This document shows, piece by piece, positions 35,877 to 46,530 of a stretch of DNA of 64,000 bases. The DNA lies in the NCBI GenBank assembly GCA_964535935.1, contig CAZHWM010000020.1, positions 1,210 through 65,209 of the forward strand, read 5' to 3'. The position numbers and the translations under genes are program-made. This stretch comes from an uncultured Planctomycetales bacterium (GTDB lineage Bacteria > Omnitrophota > Gorgyraeia > Zapsychrales > Zapsychraceae). Every line of letters starts with the position of its first letter. The stretch's first letter is position 1. Below the pieces are notes generated by a model, which saw only the letters and a list, made by a program, of their open reading frames with translations, was not told the DNA's origin and ran no database searches.

Positions 35877-37353
35877 CTGCCCCTTCCTCTTTTTCATTCA
35901 CACATCCAAAATACTCTCTTATTATCTTACGTTCATCAAATTCAATGGTTTTATCATTAAATACCTGATAACATTCATGGCCTTTGCCTGCAATAAGAAC
36001 AATAGTCCCATAACTTGCCATGTTAAGCGCCTCATATATCGCCTCTGTTCTGTTCACCACTATCTTATAATTCTCACGTTCAAAACCAGCTGTTATATCA
36101 TTAATTATAGTTATAGGGTCCTCGTTGCGAGGATTGTCAGTGGTAATAATAGTAAAGTCAGCTAACTTAGAGGCAACCTTGCCCATAAGAGGCCGTTTAC
36201 TTTTATCCCTATCACCACCACAACCAAATACTAAAATTATCTTTGCAGTAGTTACATTTCTTAATGCTACTAATACATTATGTAAGGCATCCTGTGTATG
36301 TGCATAATCTATAAATATGGCAAAATCCTGACCACAATCAACTGCCTCCAGTCTGCCGGGGACAATTGGAACGCACGCTATACCTCTTTTTATTTTATCT
36401 ATATCAATACCTTCATTAAGACATACAGCAGCTGCAGCAAGTATATTATATACATTATAAATACCAACAAGCCTTGTCTGAATAGTCTCGTGTCTATCCC
36501 CATATACTAACTGAAACTCAGTCCCTGCTATATTAAGATGTATTGCAAGAGCCATCACATCGGCCTCATTATCAATACCATAAGTTACATTCCTTCCTTT
36601 AGACAAAGACAAAAGTTGCCTGCCATAAAAATCATCCACGTTAATTACAGCTACTGAATCATTCTTAAGCCCTTCAAACAACCTGGCCTTAGCAAGAAAA
36701 TAATCCTTCCTATTTTTATGATAATCCAGATGATCACTTGTAAGATTTGTAAACACAGCACTATTAAAATTTATAAGTTCCACCCTCCCCTGAACCAAAG
36801 CATGAGAAGAGACTTCCATCACATTATACTCAACACCAGATGCTACCATCTTCGCTAACAAAGACTGAGTATCTACAAAAGAAGGGGTGGTCATCTCCGA
36901 AGGAATTATTTCCGCCCCGATCCTATAATTCACAGTCCCCAAGACACCACAACTCCTACCATCTTGTTTGAGAATAGCTTCAATAAGATAAGAGACGGTG
37001 GTCTTCCCATTTGTGCCTGTTATACCTATGGATTTTAACTTATTAGAAGGAAGCCCATAAAAACGAGTTACTATCTCCTTTAAAAAAGACTCAACATCAT
37101 CAACTTTTAAAAAACACACATCTTTTTCTAATCCAAAACCCAACTGTCTGTCACATACCACAACTGAGGCCCCATTGGCAACTGCCTCTAAAACAAAATC
37201 AGCTCCATCATATCTACTGCCCCGCAGTGCCACAAATATATTGCCAGAACGAACTCTGCGTGAATCAGTAGAGATACCGCTTATATCCTTACGGCAAATA
37301 CGCTCATCCAGCTGATAAGGATACAATCCTTCTATAAGTCTAGCTAAAAGCAT
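35866..37353 (-). CDS. murE: UDP-N-acetylmuramoyl-L-alanyl-D-glutamate--2,6-diaminopimelate (or L-lysine) ligase
   Basis: GTNGKTT P-loop, TTDNPR motif and Mur ligase domains, in dcw context. Confidence 0.95.
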   Translation of the reverse strand: MLLARLIEGLYPYQLDERICRKDISGISTDSRRVRSGNIFVALRGSRYDGADFVLEAVANGASVVVCDRQLGFGLEKDVCFLKVDDVESFLKEIVTRFYGLPSNKLKSIGITGTNGKTTVSYLIEAILKQDGRSCGVLGTVNYRIGAEIIPSEMTTPSFVDTQSLLAKMVASGVEYNVMEVSSHALVQGRVELINFNSAVFTNLTSDHLDYHKNRKDYFLAKARLFEGLKNDSVAVINVDDFYGRQLLSLSKGRNVTYGIDNEADVMALAIHLNIAGTEFQLVYGDRHETIQTRLVGIYNVYNILAAAAVCLNEGIDIDKIKRGIACVPIVPGRLEAVDCGQDFAIFIDYAHTQDALHNVLVALRNVTTAKIILVFGCGGDRDKSKRPLMGKVASKLADFTIITTDNPRNEDPITIINDITAGFERENYKIVVNRTEAIYEALNMASYGTIVLIAGKGHECYQVFNDKTIEFDERKIIREYFGCVNEKEEGADEV

Positions 37354-37432
37354 AAAACATATCTACCTTTTTAAAGCATGATTAAAAATACATAACTTTG
37401 TCAATATATTATCCTTAACATAATAGGATATA

Positions 37433-39118
37433 CTATATTCCTCCATCTCTTACGGTAAGATAGCGTAGCGTATTCTCGACTATCTCTTTAAATACAGGTG
37501 CGGCAACCGTTCCTCCGAAATGATCGGGATGCGGTTCGTCAAAAACAACTACAGCTGCTATGCGGGGATTATCTGCTGGAGCGAACCCCACAAACGTTGC
37601 ACAAAACTTAGTATGCGAATATCTCCCATTTACGACCTTCTGGGCGGTCCCTGTCTTACCTGCTACTTTTATTCCCTTTATCCTTGCCTTCTTACCAGTA
37701 CCTTCCTCTACCACATCCACCAATATATCTGTTACTTTTTTGGCTGTACTTCTACTTATTACCCTATCTATTCTTTTAGGCGAAAATTTCTTTATAATAT
37801 GACCAGTATGATCTTTTATGTATTTTACCACAAACGGCCGCATATAAACCCCTTTATTCGCAATTGTTGAAATCATACACAAAACTTGAATGGGAGTAAC
37901 CATAACCTCCTGGCCTATAGGTATCGCCGATATAGAAAGCTTAGACCATTTATCCGGAGGACGCAATATCCCATTCTCTTCACCTTTAAGATCTATCCCT
38001 GTCTTTTCCCCCACCCTAAACCTTTTGCAATACTTATAAATAATATCTGGCCCTAATTTTTGAGCTATCTTTGTAACACCTATATTGCTAGAAAATGCAA
38101 ATACCTCTTTAAAAGTCAATACCCCATAAGGTTTATGATCATGCAATATATGATTGGCAACACGATATGCTCCGTTTTCACAAAAAATCTTGTCATCCTC
38201 AGAAAATTTTCCCTCCTCCAATGCTGCTGAAAGAGTTATTATCTTAAACACTGAACCCGGTTCATATCCATAACTAATAGCCCTATTCGTCCGACTCTCA
38301 AGACTACTGGATGAAACACTATCTAAATCATAAGATGGCCTATTAGCCAATGCTAATATTTCTCCCGTGTTTACATCTGAAACAATAACTGTAGCTGCTT
38401 TGGCATTACTCTTACCAAAGGCCTTGTCAAGGGCTTGTTCAACAATATATTGAATAGTTTCATCAATCGTTAAGACAAGGTCAAACCCATCCCGCGGAGG
38501 AGAAAGATAATCATCAAGCATTAACTCACGCTGCCTAGCATCCCTTACTATCCTTGCCTTACCCGGACGGCCTCTAAGTTCCTTATCATAATATAACTCA
38601 ACACCTTCAAGCCCCTTATTATCAACCCCCGTAAATCCAATGACATGGGATGCTAACCTATGATCAGGATAATAACGTTTACTCTCCCTTCTAAAACCTA
38701 AACCATTAATATGCAACCTCCTGACTCTATCCGCATCGTCTGCTGTCAACCTACGCTTAATCCAAACAAAATATTTATCTTTTGACAATCGCCTTTTTAG
38801 AACACTTTCATCTATTTTTAGCAGATCAGCTAACATATTTATAGCCTTTAATTTATCATCCTCAGACATAACCATAGGATTTGCAAACAAAGAATATACA
38901 GGTATGTTAAAAGCCAATGGCCGCATATTTCTATCATAAATACTTCCTCGTATAGGCTCTATTTCAATAAAATGTTTATGCTCTTTCTGTGCAAGGTCCG
39001 AAAGATGAGAATAACTAAATACCTGAATCAACACTAACTTAACTGCAAAAAAAATAAGGCAGGCAATAATAGAAAAAAAAGTCAATACAAATCGAAGGGT
39101 ATATTTTTTACTATACAC
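37433..39118 (-). CDS. ftsI: penicillin-binding protein 3-type transpeptidase (FtsI)
   Basis: N-terminal TM anchor, a PBP dimerisation domain, and the transpeptidase motifs SVFK (SxxK), SSN and KTGT. It has a GTG start. Confidence 0.9.
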   Translation of the reverse strand: MYSKKYTLRFVLTFFSIIACLIFFAVKLVLIQVFSYSHLSDLAQKEHKHFIEIEPIRGSIYDRNMRPLAFNIPVYSLFANPMVMSEDDKLKAINMLADLLKIDESVLKRRLSKDKYFVWIKRRLTADDADRVRRLHINGLGFRRESKRYYPDHRLASHVIGFTGVDNKGLEGVELYYDKELRGRPGKARIVRDARQRELMLDDYLSPPRDGFDLVLTIDETIQYIVEQALDKAFGKSNAKAATVIVSDVNTGEILALANRPSYDLDSVSSSSLESRTNRAISYGYEPGSVFKIITLSAALEEGKFSEDDKIFCENGAYRVANHILHDHKPYGVLTFKEVFAFSSNIGVTKIAQKLGPDIIYKYCKRFRVGEKTGIDLKGEENGILRPPDKWSKLSISAIPIGQEVMVTPIQVLCMISTIANKGVYMRPFVVKYIKDHTGHIIKKFSPKRIDRVISRSTAKKVTDILVDVVEEGTGKKARIKGIKVAGKTGTAQKVVNGRYSHTKFCATFVGFAPADNPRIAAVVVFDEPHPDHFGGTVAAPVFKEIVENTLRYLTVRDGGI

Positions 39119-39156
39119 TTTACAGCATCTTCTTTACTATAATCCTTCAACAGGAA

Positions 39157-39546
39157 CTATTCCTCTGCCATAGCCTCTGTCTGAGAAACCAACGACAACA
39201 ATTTAGCAAACAAACTCGTATCTCTTCTTACACTAGCTGTCCTACGGATATAGCTATCATTAAAGGATGGGTTATAGACCGCAACTCTAAATACCTTATC
39301 ACAATCCACAAATTGCATCTGAGAATCTTTTGTAAGCATAACATGACCAAGATGACTGGCCGACTTTAACCGAGCAATAGTATAAACTATATGATTATTC
39401 TGTTCTCTTAACTTACCAATATGCTCCTGCCTACTCCTCTGTTTATACCCCAAATCAATTATGCGCATCTGCATATATATATATATAACTGCCACTATAG
39501 TGACAATACATAACAAACCAACTATCTTTTCCAATCTAAGATACAT
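39157..39546 (-). CDS. ftsL: FtsL-like cell-division protein
   Basis: 129 aa with a single N-terminal TM helix followed by a short helical or coiled region. It lies between rsmH and ftsI. Confidence 0.6.
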   Translation of the reverse strand: MYLRLEKIVGLLCIVTIVAVIYIYMQMRIIDLGYKQRSRQEHIGKLREQNNHIVYTIARLKSASHLGHVMLTKDSQMQFVDCDKVFRVAVYNPSFNDSYIRRTASVRRDTSLFAKLLSLVSQTEAMAEE

Positions 39547-39623
39547 AAACGCCCCACTGGTTAGATATCAATAATACTAATCATTACCTCGCAAGCGAAT
39601 AAAATAAACCTAGAGCTAAAAAC

Positions 39624-40511
39624 CTAAATCCTTTCAAACACCCTCAAACGGGCACTTCTTGCCCTTGGATTATGTGTAACCTCTTGCTCAGAAGGCCTAA
39701 GAGGCTTCTTAACAATAATCTTTCCCTTCCCTGCCTTCTCGAATGCCTTAAAACTCTGTTTCACAATCCTATCCTCTAGGGAATGAAAAGATATAACAAC
39801 AATACGGCCAGATACTCTAAGCCTATCAATACAGTTAATAAGACCTATTTCCAAACTCTCAAGTTCTCTATTAACAGCTATTCTAAATGCCTGAAATGTC
39901 CTAGTTGCAGGATGTATACGTTTCCTCCCCTTTCTTCGGAAAGGTATCGATTTTAATACTATTCTGGCGAGTTCTCCTGTAGTCTCTATGGGTTTAAATT
40001 TTCGTTCGGTGACCAGCCTGCGTGCTATTCTATTATGCCAGCGTTCCTGACCAAAATCTTTAAGTATATTTGATATCTCTTTCTCTGAAAGAGAATTAAT
40101 CAAATCATAAGCCGAAATATGCCCTTCTCTATCCATCCGCATATCTAGAGGCCCATCCTCTTTAAAACTAAACCCCCGCTGCGGACTATCTATCTGAAGA
40201 CTTGAAATACCAAGATCAAACAATATGCCATCTATCTTATCTATTTTAAATCTATCAAGGATCTTATCTATATTTCTGAAATCGTCATGAACAAACTCAC
40301 ATTGTGCTATATAATCACTAAGCCTTGCTTTTGCTAGATTAATCGCCCCCGTATCTCTATCTATCCCTATCAACTTTCCATCTTTACCTATTAACTCAAG
40401 GATACCTTTTGCATGTCCACCAAGACCTAACGTCGCATCTACAAAAATTCCTCCTTCCCGCGGGCTAAGATATCTAACTACCTCAGATGCCATTACAGCA
40501 ACATGCTGCAT
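39624..40511 (-). CDS. rsmH: 16S rRNA (cytosine1402-N4)-methyltransferase
   Basis: HVAVM...DATLGLGGH, DLGISS and SFHSLEDR motifs. Confidence 0.95.
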   Translation of the reverse strand: MQHVAVMASEVVRYLSPREGGIFVDATLGLGGHAKGILELIGKDGKLIGIDRDTGAINLAKARLSDYIAQCEFVHDDFRNIDKILDRFKIDKIDGILFDLGISSLQIDSPQRGFSFKEDGPLDMRMDREGHISAYDLINSLSEKEISNILKDFGQERWHNRIARRLVTERKFKPIETTGELARIVLKSIPFRRKGRKRIHPATRTFQAFRIAVNRELESLEIGLINCIDRLRVSGRIVVISFHSLEDRIVKQSFKAFEKAGKGKIIVKKPLRPSEQEVTHNPRARSARLRVFERI

Positions 40512-40540
40512 GTGAGATAATTCCTTCCTTTTACTAACTT

Positions 40541-40978
40541 CTATAAATCAAGCATATTCTCTGCTATCTGCTCAAAGGACGCACCTGATTCCTCTGCAAA
40601 TTGTTCCCATCTCATCCTATCCCATATCTCTATTCTATTAGATACCCCAATTATCACCGTCTCTCTATTAATACCAGCATACTCCTTTAAATATTGCGGA
40701 AGGACAAATCTACCCTGTCTGTCTGGTATCACATCTATTGCCCCGGAGAAAAAAATCCTGTTAAACCTTCTTGCCTCCTGTTTTGTAAACGGCATTCCCC
40801 TAAATTTCCTCTCCTGCAGTCTCCATTCATCCTCACTAAACATAAATATACATTTATCTAGTCCGCGTGTTAAAAAAAACCTATCTATCCCACACTCCTT
40901 ACATACTTCACGAAATCTTGATGGAAGAATTAATCTACCTTTTGCATCAAGGCTATGCCTGTATTCACCGTAAAACAT
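40541..40978 (-). CDS. mraZ: transcriptional regulator MraZ
   Basis: 145 aa with two SpoVT/AbrB-like halves, each carrying a DxxGR motif (LDAKGRLILP and PDRQGRFVLP). Confidence 0.95.
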   Translation of the reverse strand: MFYGEYRHSLDAKGRLILPSRFREVCKECGIDRFFLTRGLDKCIFMFSEDEWRLQERKFRGMPFTKQEARRFNRIFFSGAIDVIPDRQGRFVLPQYLKEYAGINRETVIIGVSNRIEIWDRMRWEQFAEESGASFEQIAENMLDL

Positions 40979-41050
40979 AACATCCTTTATAAGGGTTATC
41001 CCGATTCTATTCCAAGTCTAATTTCTGCAATCTTACTAAATCCAAATTTA

Positions 41051-41076
41051 CGCCACATCACTCCACTTTCCTCCAC
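41051..41076 (-). promoter_or_regulatory. three phased MraZ-box-like direct repeats
   Basis: The minus strand reads GTGGAGgaaaGTGGAGtgatGTGGCG, with an exact 10-bp period. The repeats start 8 nt after the candidate -10 and end 73 nt before the mraZ ATG. Confidence 0.6.
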
Positions 41077-41084
41077 TGAGAGTT

Positions 41085-41113
41085 AATATACAGCAAGATA
41101 AAGATATTGTCAA
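41085..41113 (-). promoter_or_regulatory. candidate dcw (Pmra) sigma70-type promoter
   Basis: The minus strand reads TTGACA, 17-nt spacer, TATATT. Confidence 0.55.
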
Positions 41114-41293
41114 TACCTATTTATATTTATCTTATTGATATACAATAAGTTGTATAACAACAAACTACAAATACAATATATTGTATAAATTTAAAGTAAT
41201 TAAACAAATATCTGACAAAAATAAAAATTGATTCTGCCGATAACCTAAGGAATATTAAGAAAGTATAAAATGGAAGGATTTTAGGGAAATTAA

Positions 41294-42241
41294 CTACTTA
41301 TTATACCCCCTACGACGCAAAACCATCTTTGTCTGGGCTAAGTCCTTAGTTAATTGTTCAGCAAGTGCTGCAGGAGAAGAAAATCTTTTCTCATCTCGAA
41401 TTTTTTCTATAAACTCAACAATTATTTCTTTACCATACAACTCTTGCCTGAGGTCAAATATATACACCTCTATTCTTACTCTATTTCTCAAAGAAAAAGT
41501 AGGTTTGGTTCCTATATAACTCATAGCACCAAATTTTTCATTTCCTATAATTACCCTTGAGGCATAAACACCCACTGGGGGAAGTACCTCGTCATCGGGG
41601 ATAATATTTGCTGTTGGAAAGCCTAATCTTCTTCCTTGCCTATCGCCTTTTGATACCTTTCCCATAATGGAAACAGGTCTGCCAAGAAGAATCGATGCCT
41701 GTTTAAGTTGACCAACAGCTATCATCTTTCTAATATCATTACTACCTATCTTATGTCCTCCTAAAGTGATGAAACTAACCACATTTACCTTTATTCCAAA
41801 GGGAGCCACACGTTCTTGTAAATAGTCTGCGTCTGCCATCCTATCTCGACCAAACCTAAAATCAGTGCCGATAAAAATCTCAGCAGGGGCAATTGTTTTT
41901 ATTATATAACGCCTAATAAAGTTGTCCGGCAACATAGATGCAAATCGTTTAGTAAATCTAACTACCACACAAACATCTACACCTAAAGAAGCTATTAACT
42001 TTAACCTATAGGGTAAGGATACTATTGCTGGTAAATATATATCTGGATTAAGAATATTTACTGGGTGAGGATAAAATGTCATCACAATAGATATGACTTC
42101 TCTCTTACGAGCCTGTCTTACAGCTTTCTCTATCAACCTTTTGTGCCCACGATGCAAGCCATCAAAAACACCTATGGCTAAAACACCTCCCGTATCTGAT
42201 AACTGTTGTTTAACCCTGCCAATCCCGTATATGACTTTCAT
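41294..42241 (-). CDS. ribF: bifunctional riboflavin kinase / FMN adenylyltransferase
   Basis: GVFDGLHRGH nucleotidyltransferase motif and a C-terminal riboflavin kinase domain (LGFPTAN). Confidence 0.95.
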   Translation of the reverse strand: MKVIYGIGRVKQQLSDTGGVLAIGVFDGLHRGHKRLIEKAVRQARKREVISIVMTFYPHPVNILNPDIYLPAIVSLPYRLKLIASLGVDVCVVVRFTKRFASMLPDNFIRRYIIKTIAPAEIFIGTDFRFGRDRMADADYLQERVAPFGIKVNVVSFITLGGHKIGSNDIRKMIAVGQLKQASILLGRPVSIMGKVSKGDRQGRRLGFPTANIIPDDEVLPPVGVYASRVIIGNEKFGAMSYIGTKPTFSLRNRVRIEVYIFDLRQELYGKEIIVEFIEKIRDEKRFSSPAALAEQLTKDLAQTKMVLRRRGYNK

Positions 42242-42872
42242 TCAACTCCTCTAAAGATTTAGCATCTTCTATGGTAAATGGACCTACCTTAGTACGTTCT
42301 ATTTGACAGATACATGCCCCACATCCCAATAAATTACCAACATCTTCTACAAGTTGACGTACATACGTACCTTTAGAACACTCCATATAAAATCTAACCT
42401 TTGGAGGAGACATCTCCTCCAAACGAATACAATCTATCCTTATTCTACGAGCAGGCCTATCCATTACAATACCTTTCCTTGCCATTTCATACAATTTCTT
42501 ACCTTTAATTTTAACAGCAGAAACCATAGGCGGAACCTGCTGGGTCTCACCTATAAACTTAGCAAATATATCTTCTACCTGCTCTTTTGTGATACCATCA
42601 TAAGGTCTTTCTTCTATAATCTCTCCCTGTATATCAGCAGAAGAGGTTCTAATCCCCAGCATCATAGTAGCCCTGTATGCCTTATCAAAGGCAACGAATT
42701 TATCAAAAAGTTTAGTAGACCTGCCAAGTAATATTAATAACACACCCGTTGCCATAGGATCCAATGTCCCTGCATGACCAACACGTTGCATACGAAACCT
42801 TTTACGTATTTTTAAGACCACGTCATGTGATGTAATCCCATAAGGTTTATTGACTATCAAAATACCATCCAT
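42210..42872 (-). CDS. truB: tRNA pseudouridine(55) synthase
   Basis: GILIVNKPYGITSHDVV and GHAGTLDPMATGVL (catalytic Asp motif). Confidence 0.95.
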   Translation of the reverse strand: MDGILIVNKPYGITSHDVVLKIRKRFRMQRVGHAGTLDPMATGVLLILLGRSTKLFDKFVAFDKAYRATMMLGIRTSSADIQGEIIEERPYDGITKEQVEDIFAKFIGETQQVPPMVSAVKIKGKKLYEMARKGIVMDRPARRIRIDCIRLEEMSPPKVRFYMECSKGTYVRQLVEDVGNLLGCGACICQIERTKVGPFTIEDAKSLEELNESHIRDWQG

Positions 42873-42940
42873 CTCTTATCTCCTAAAAACACTTAGATGA
42901 AAATCTGTTTCATATATTGATAATTTTATATTACCTAAAA

Positions 42941-43900
42941 CTACAATACCTTTTCTATTTGTTCTAACATTAATCTACGAGCCTCTTTTATACCAGTATA
43001 AATAGTACAACCACTTGCCTTACGATGACCACCCCCCTTAAAATAACAAGCCAATCTAGCCACATTTACCCTACCTGTAGACCTTAAATTTACACGTGTT
43101 CTAGCCCTTGCCTGTTCTGTAAAGACAACAAAAACTTCCACACCTGCAATAGCTCTCAAAAATCTAAAAATAGCATTTCTAATATCAAAATCCTTAGAGA
43201 AATGCGCCAAAACAGTTTTACGTAAATCTAAACAAATTAGCTTCCCTGAAAACAATACATCAAACCTGCTCACTAACCTAGCAAATGCCCTTAAATCATC
43301 TATAGACACACACTCATAAAACCTCCTATAAAGTTCGTCTACTGAGAAATCAAACGACAATAACTCAGCAGCTATCTTATGTGTTGCAGCCGTAGTGTTA
43401 TCAAAGCGAAAAGAACCTGTATCAGTCATGATACCAGCATAAAGATACATAGCAAGCCGTTTGTTAAGAGGATGATGTGCCTCTTTTAAAAGCTGATATA
43501 TAAGCTCTGCTGTAGAAGATGCCTCCGGTCTAATAAGATTTATCCCCCCGAAAGAGTCATTGGTTATATGGTGATCAATATTAATTAAAATCTTTTCCTC
43601 CTTTATAAGCGCATTAACCCTTCCTATCCGTAAAGAGTCCCCACAATCCAAGATAATAGCTGCATCATAATCTATCTTCATCCCCTCTTTATAACTCTTT
43701 ATCCGTGTAGCTCCCGGTAAGAATCTATACCTCTGTGGCAACTCCTCCTCATTAACCACCACAACACCCTTGCCCAATGAGCGCAGATACTCTGCCATAG
43801 CTAATTCAGAACATATTCCATCTGCATCAGGATTAACATGCGTAGTAATCAAAAACCTATGTTTTTCATTCAATATCCGTATAATCTTCCTGAAGGCCAT
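42941..43900 (-). CDS. nrnA: DHH/DHHA1 phosphoesterase (NrnA-like oligoribonuclease/pAp phosphatase)
   Basis: HVNPDADG, the DHH motif (NIDHHITN) and DHHA1 GGGH. It lies between rbfA and truB. Confidence 0.8.
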   Translation of the reverse strand: MAFRKIIRILNEKHRFLITTHVNPDADGICSELAMAEYLRSLGKGVVVVNEEELPQRYRFLPGATRIKSYKEGMKIDYDAAIILDCGDSLRIGRVNALIKEEKILINIDHHITNDSFGGINLIRPEASSTAELIYQLLKEAHHPLNKRLAMYLYAGIMTDTGSFRFDNTTAATHKIAAELLSFDFSVDELYRRFYECVSIDDLRAFARLVSRFDVLFSGKLICLDLRKTVLAHFSKDFDIRNAIFRFLRAIAGVEVFVVFTEQARARTRVNLRSTGRVNVARLACYFKGGGHRKASGCTIYTGIKEARRLMLEQIEKVL

Positions 43901-44231
43901 TTTGTATCTCCTTCAATGTCGCATCTATCTTAGAGCTGAATTCTATGGACTCATCATAAAAAAAAGACAATTGCGGAGTATATCTCATACGTATTCTTTG
44001 CCCAATATATTTACGTATAAGACCACTAGCGTTATCAAGTGCCCGTTGAGCCCCTGCCTGCCTCTCTTCTCCGCCAAAAACACTAAAATAAATCCGAGCA
44101 TGTCTTAAATCACGGCTCACTCTAACATAAGTTATACTTACAAATTCCAACCTTGGATCCCCTAATTCCCGTTGCAGTATACCACTTATCTCTCTCTTTA
44201 GCTGCTGATTGACTCTCTCAATCCTTCCCAT
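43866..44231 (-). CDS. rbfA: ribosome-binding factor A
   Basis: 121 aa. RIERVNQQLKREISGILQRELGDPRL...VSRDLRHARIYF. Confidence 0.9.
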   Translation of the reverse strand: MGRIERVNQQLKREISGILQRELGDPRLEFVSITYVRVSRDLRHARIYFSVFGGEERQAGAQRALDNASGLIRKYIGQRIRMRYTPQLSFFYDESIEFSSKIDATLKEIQNGLQEDYTDIE

Positions 44232-44291
44232 AATAACCCCTCATATATAAAAGAATATTACTTTCTTAAACCCCAAGCCTATATTCTTTCT

Positions 44292-45563
44292 TCAAATACC
44301 TTTATTCTTCACACAACTAATCATAGCCCTTATCTCATCATATTTAGTCCGCAAATTATAGTCTATTTTCTTAAACAATACCTCATCTAACATCCTACCC
44401 ACCTCTCTCCCCGAAAGGCCAGCTATCTTCGACACATCTTCTCCTCTAATTTTAAGAGAAACAAATCTATCTTGTTCTAAAAATCTGTCGATACGCCTTA
44501 TCAACTCTTTAGAAGAAGTCCTTACCCTAAAATAAAACACAACAGCTATATGCAAACCTGACAATATTTTATACACCTGACTCGGCCTTAAAGATGGATA
44601 AGCTAATTTTTTTATCATATCCAAAGATTGCCTACTTTGCAAGAGGACTTTTTTCTCTTCCCTTGTAAAGTGGAATTTATTCTTAATACGAACAAAAACT
44701 TCTTCTTCTATTCGTTCTAAAATAGCCATTAAATATATCAATGGCAATTTACATGCAAACTCATCCTTCAATTTACATCTATTACGATAACAAATAATAT
44801 TTTTATGAATACGATTTATGTGCCTTATATCAACCGTAAAATTATGGTCCATAAACCGAAAAGCGTTTAATTTATATAAACGTTTAATACACTTTGCAGG
44901 ATCTTCTTCCTTAAAAAATTTTTTAAATTCCGCAAAAAGTCTATGCCTTATCCCATCATCACGGTTTTTATCCAACTCCATCTTTATTAAATAAAGCGTT
45001 TTACGTTCTATCCTGAAAGAGAACCTCTGTTCAAAACGTACTGCTCTAATTATCCTAGTAGGGTCATCTATAAAACTCATATCATGAAGAACCCGTATCC
45101 TCCCTGCCCGAAGATCCTCCATACCACCGAACAAATCAATCAACTCCCCATATGTGGAACCATTTATAGAAAGAGCCATAGCATTAATTGTAAAATCCCT
45201 TCGAAAAAGATCATCCTTTATCCTGCCCGGACTTACAGTAGGCAATGCCCCGGGGTAAGGATAATATTCCTTACGTGCTATTGCAAAATCAATCCTACAA
45301 ACTCCTTTAATATATAAAGTAGCGGTTCCAAATTTTCTATGAACAACAACCTCCGCATTAAATATTTTAGCTAATCTATGCACAAAAAATACAATATCCC
45401 CTTCTAAGACTATATCTAAATCAAAAATTTCCCTATCTAAAATAATATCTCTTACAATACCTCCTACAAGATATGCCTTAACCTTAAACCTATCCGCCTG
45501 CTCCACAATCTTTTTTAATATCTTTAATAACTGAGTATCCAGCCGCAACAAATAGTTATTCAT
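44292..45563 (-). CDS. tRNA nucleotidyltransferase/poly(A) polymerase family protein (CCA-adding type)
   Basis: YLVGGIVRDIILDREIFDLDIV head-domain motif (GG..RD ... DxD) and RRDFTINAM. Confidence 0.8.
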   Translation of the reverse strand: MNNYLLRLDTQLLKILKKIVEQADRFKVKAYLVGGIVRDIILDREIFDLDIVLEGDIVFFVHRLAKIFNAEVVVHRKFGTATLYIKGVCRIDFAIARKEYYPYPGALPTVSPGRIKDDLFRRDFTINAMALSINGSTYGELIDLFGGMEDLRAGRIRVLHDMSFIDDPTRIIRAVRFEQRFSFRIERKTLYLIKMELDKNRDDGIRHRLFAEFKKFFKEEDPAKCIKRLYKLNAFRFMDHNFTVDIRHINRIHKNIICYRNRCKLKDEFACKLPLIYLMAILERIEEEVFVRIKNKFHFTREEKKVLLQSRQSLDMIKKLAYPSLRPSQVYKILSGLHIAVVFYFRVRTSSKELIRRIDRFLEQDRFVSLKIRGEDVSKIAGLSGREVGRMLDEVLFKKIDYNLRTKYDEIRAMISCVKNKGI

Positions 45564-45569
45564 AATAAA

Positions 45570-46454
45570 CTATGCCCTAGGGTGAAAATGTTTATGCACT
45601 GATTTCAACCGTTCTCTATCAATATGCGTATAAATTTGCGTGGTAGAAATATCCGAATGCCCCAACATCTCTTGTACTGAACGTAAATCAGCTCCACCTT
45701 CTAATAAATGAGTTGCAAATGAATGTCTTAATGTATGAGGTTTAATCTCCCTATTAATGCCTGCTATTCTGGCATAATGCTTTATAAGTTTCCATATACT
45801 TTGTCTACTTAATCTTTTTCCAAGGCGGCTCAAGAATAAAATTGTTGTATTATCCTTAAGTAACTTGGGACGAACAATATCACAATATCTGTTAACTGCA
45901 TTAATTGCCTTTTTCCCTACAGGAATAATCCTTTCCTTACTACCTTTTCCTATACATCTTATATAACCTATATCAAAATTAACATCTTCTACCCTAAGAT
46001 TAATTAATTCAGACACCCTCATCCCACTTGCATAAAACAACTCAAGAATAGCATTATCCCTGATTGACTGCCAATCTTCTCCCAAGGAGGCATGTATTAT
46101 TGCATCAATCTCATATACTGATAAAGTCTCAGGGACCTTTTTCCATAGTTTAGGAGTATCTATAAGAATTGTAGGATCACAGTCGATAATCCTTTCTCTA
46201 ACAAGAAACCTATGAAACATGCGTATACATGAAAGGCTTCTACATATAGAATTAGCAGCCAAGCCCGCTTTCTTCTGAAAATGCATGAAGGCAGTAATAT
46301 GTTCTTTTTCTATATCCTCTATCTTATTAATCCCTATATCTGTTAGATAATCAAAATAATGTAATAAATCTCTACGATACGCCAAAAGAGTATTATAAGC
46401 CAACCCCCGTTCAACAGACAAATAATTAATAAACTCCTCAATATATTTATACAT
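45570..46454 (-). CDS. xerD: site-specific tyrosine recombinase XerD
   Basis: N-terminal ERGLAYNTLLAYRRDL (XerD-like). The catalytic region is GMRVSEL ... HTLRHSFATHLLEGGADLRSVQEMLGHSDISTTQIYTH. Confidence 0.8.
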   Translation of the reverse strand: MYKYIEEFINYLSVERGLAYNTLLAYRRDLLHYFDYLTDIGINKIEDIEKEHITAFMHFQKKAGLAANSICRSLSCIRMFHRFLVRERIIDCDPTILIDTPKLWKKVPETLSVYEIDAIIHASLGEDWQSIRDNAILELFYASGMRVSELINLRVEDVNFDIGYIRCIGKGSKERIIPVGKKAINAVNRYCDIVRPKLLKDNTTILFLSRLGKRLSRQSIWKLIKHYARIAGINREIKPHTLRHSFATHLLEGGADLRSVQEMLGHSDISTTQIYTHIDRERLKSVHKHFHPRA

Positions 46455-46530
46455 CTACTATATTATATCCTAACTCAAGACGGTATTCTTCTAAAAAAAT
46501 CGAATAGTTGCTCTACCAAATATAAAAAGG

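Noticed and set aside
45570-46454. Tyrosine recombinase as a marker of an integrated mobile element
   Set aside because: Its sequence is XerD-like and it sits among housekeeping genes. No att-like repeats, phage genes or transposon genes are nearby.
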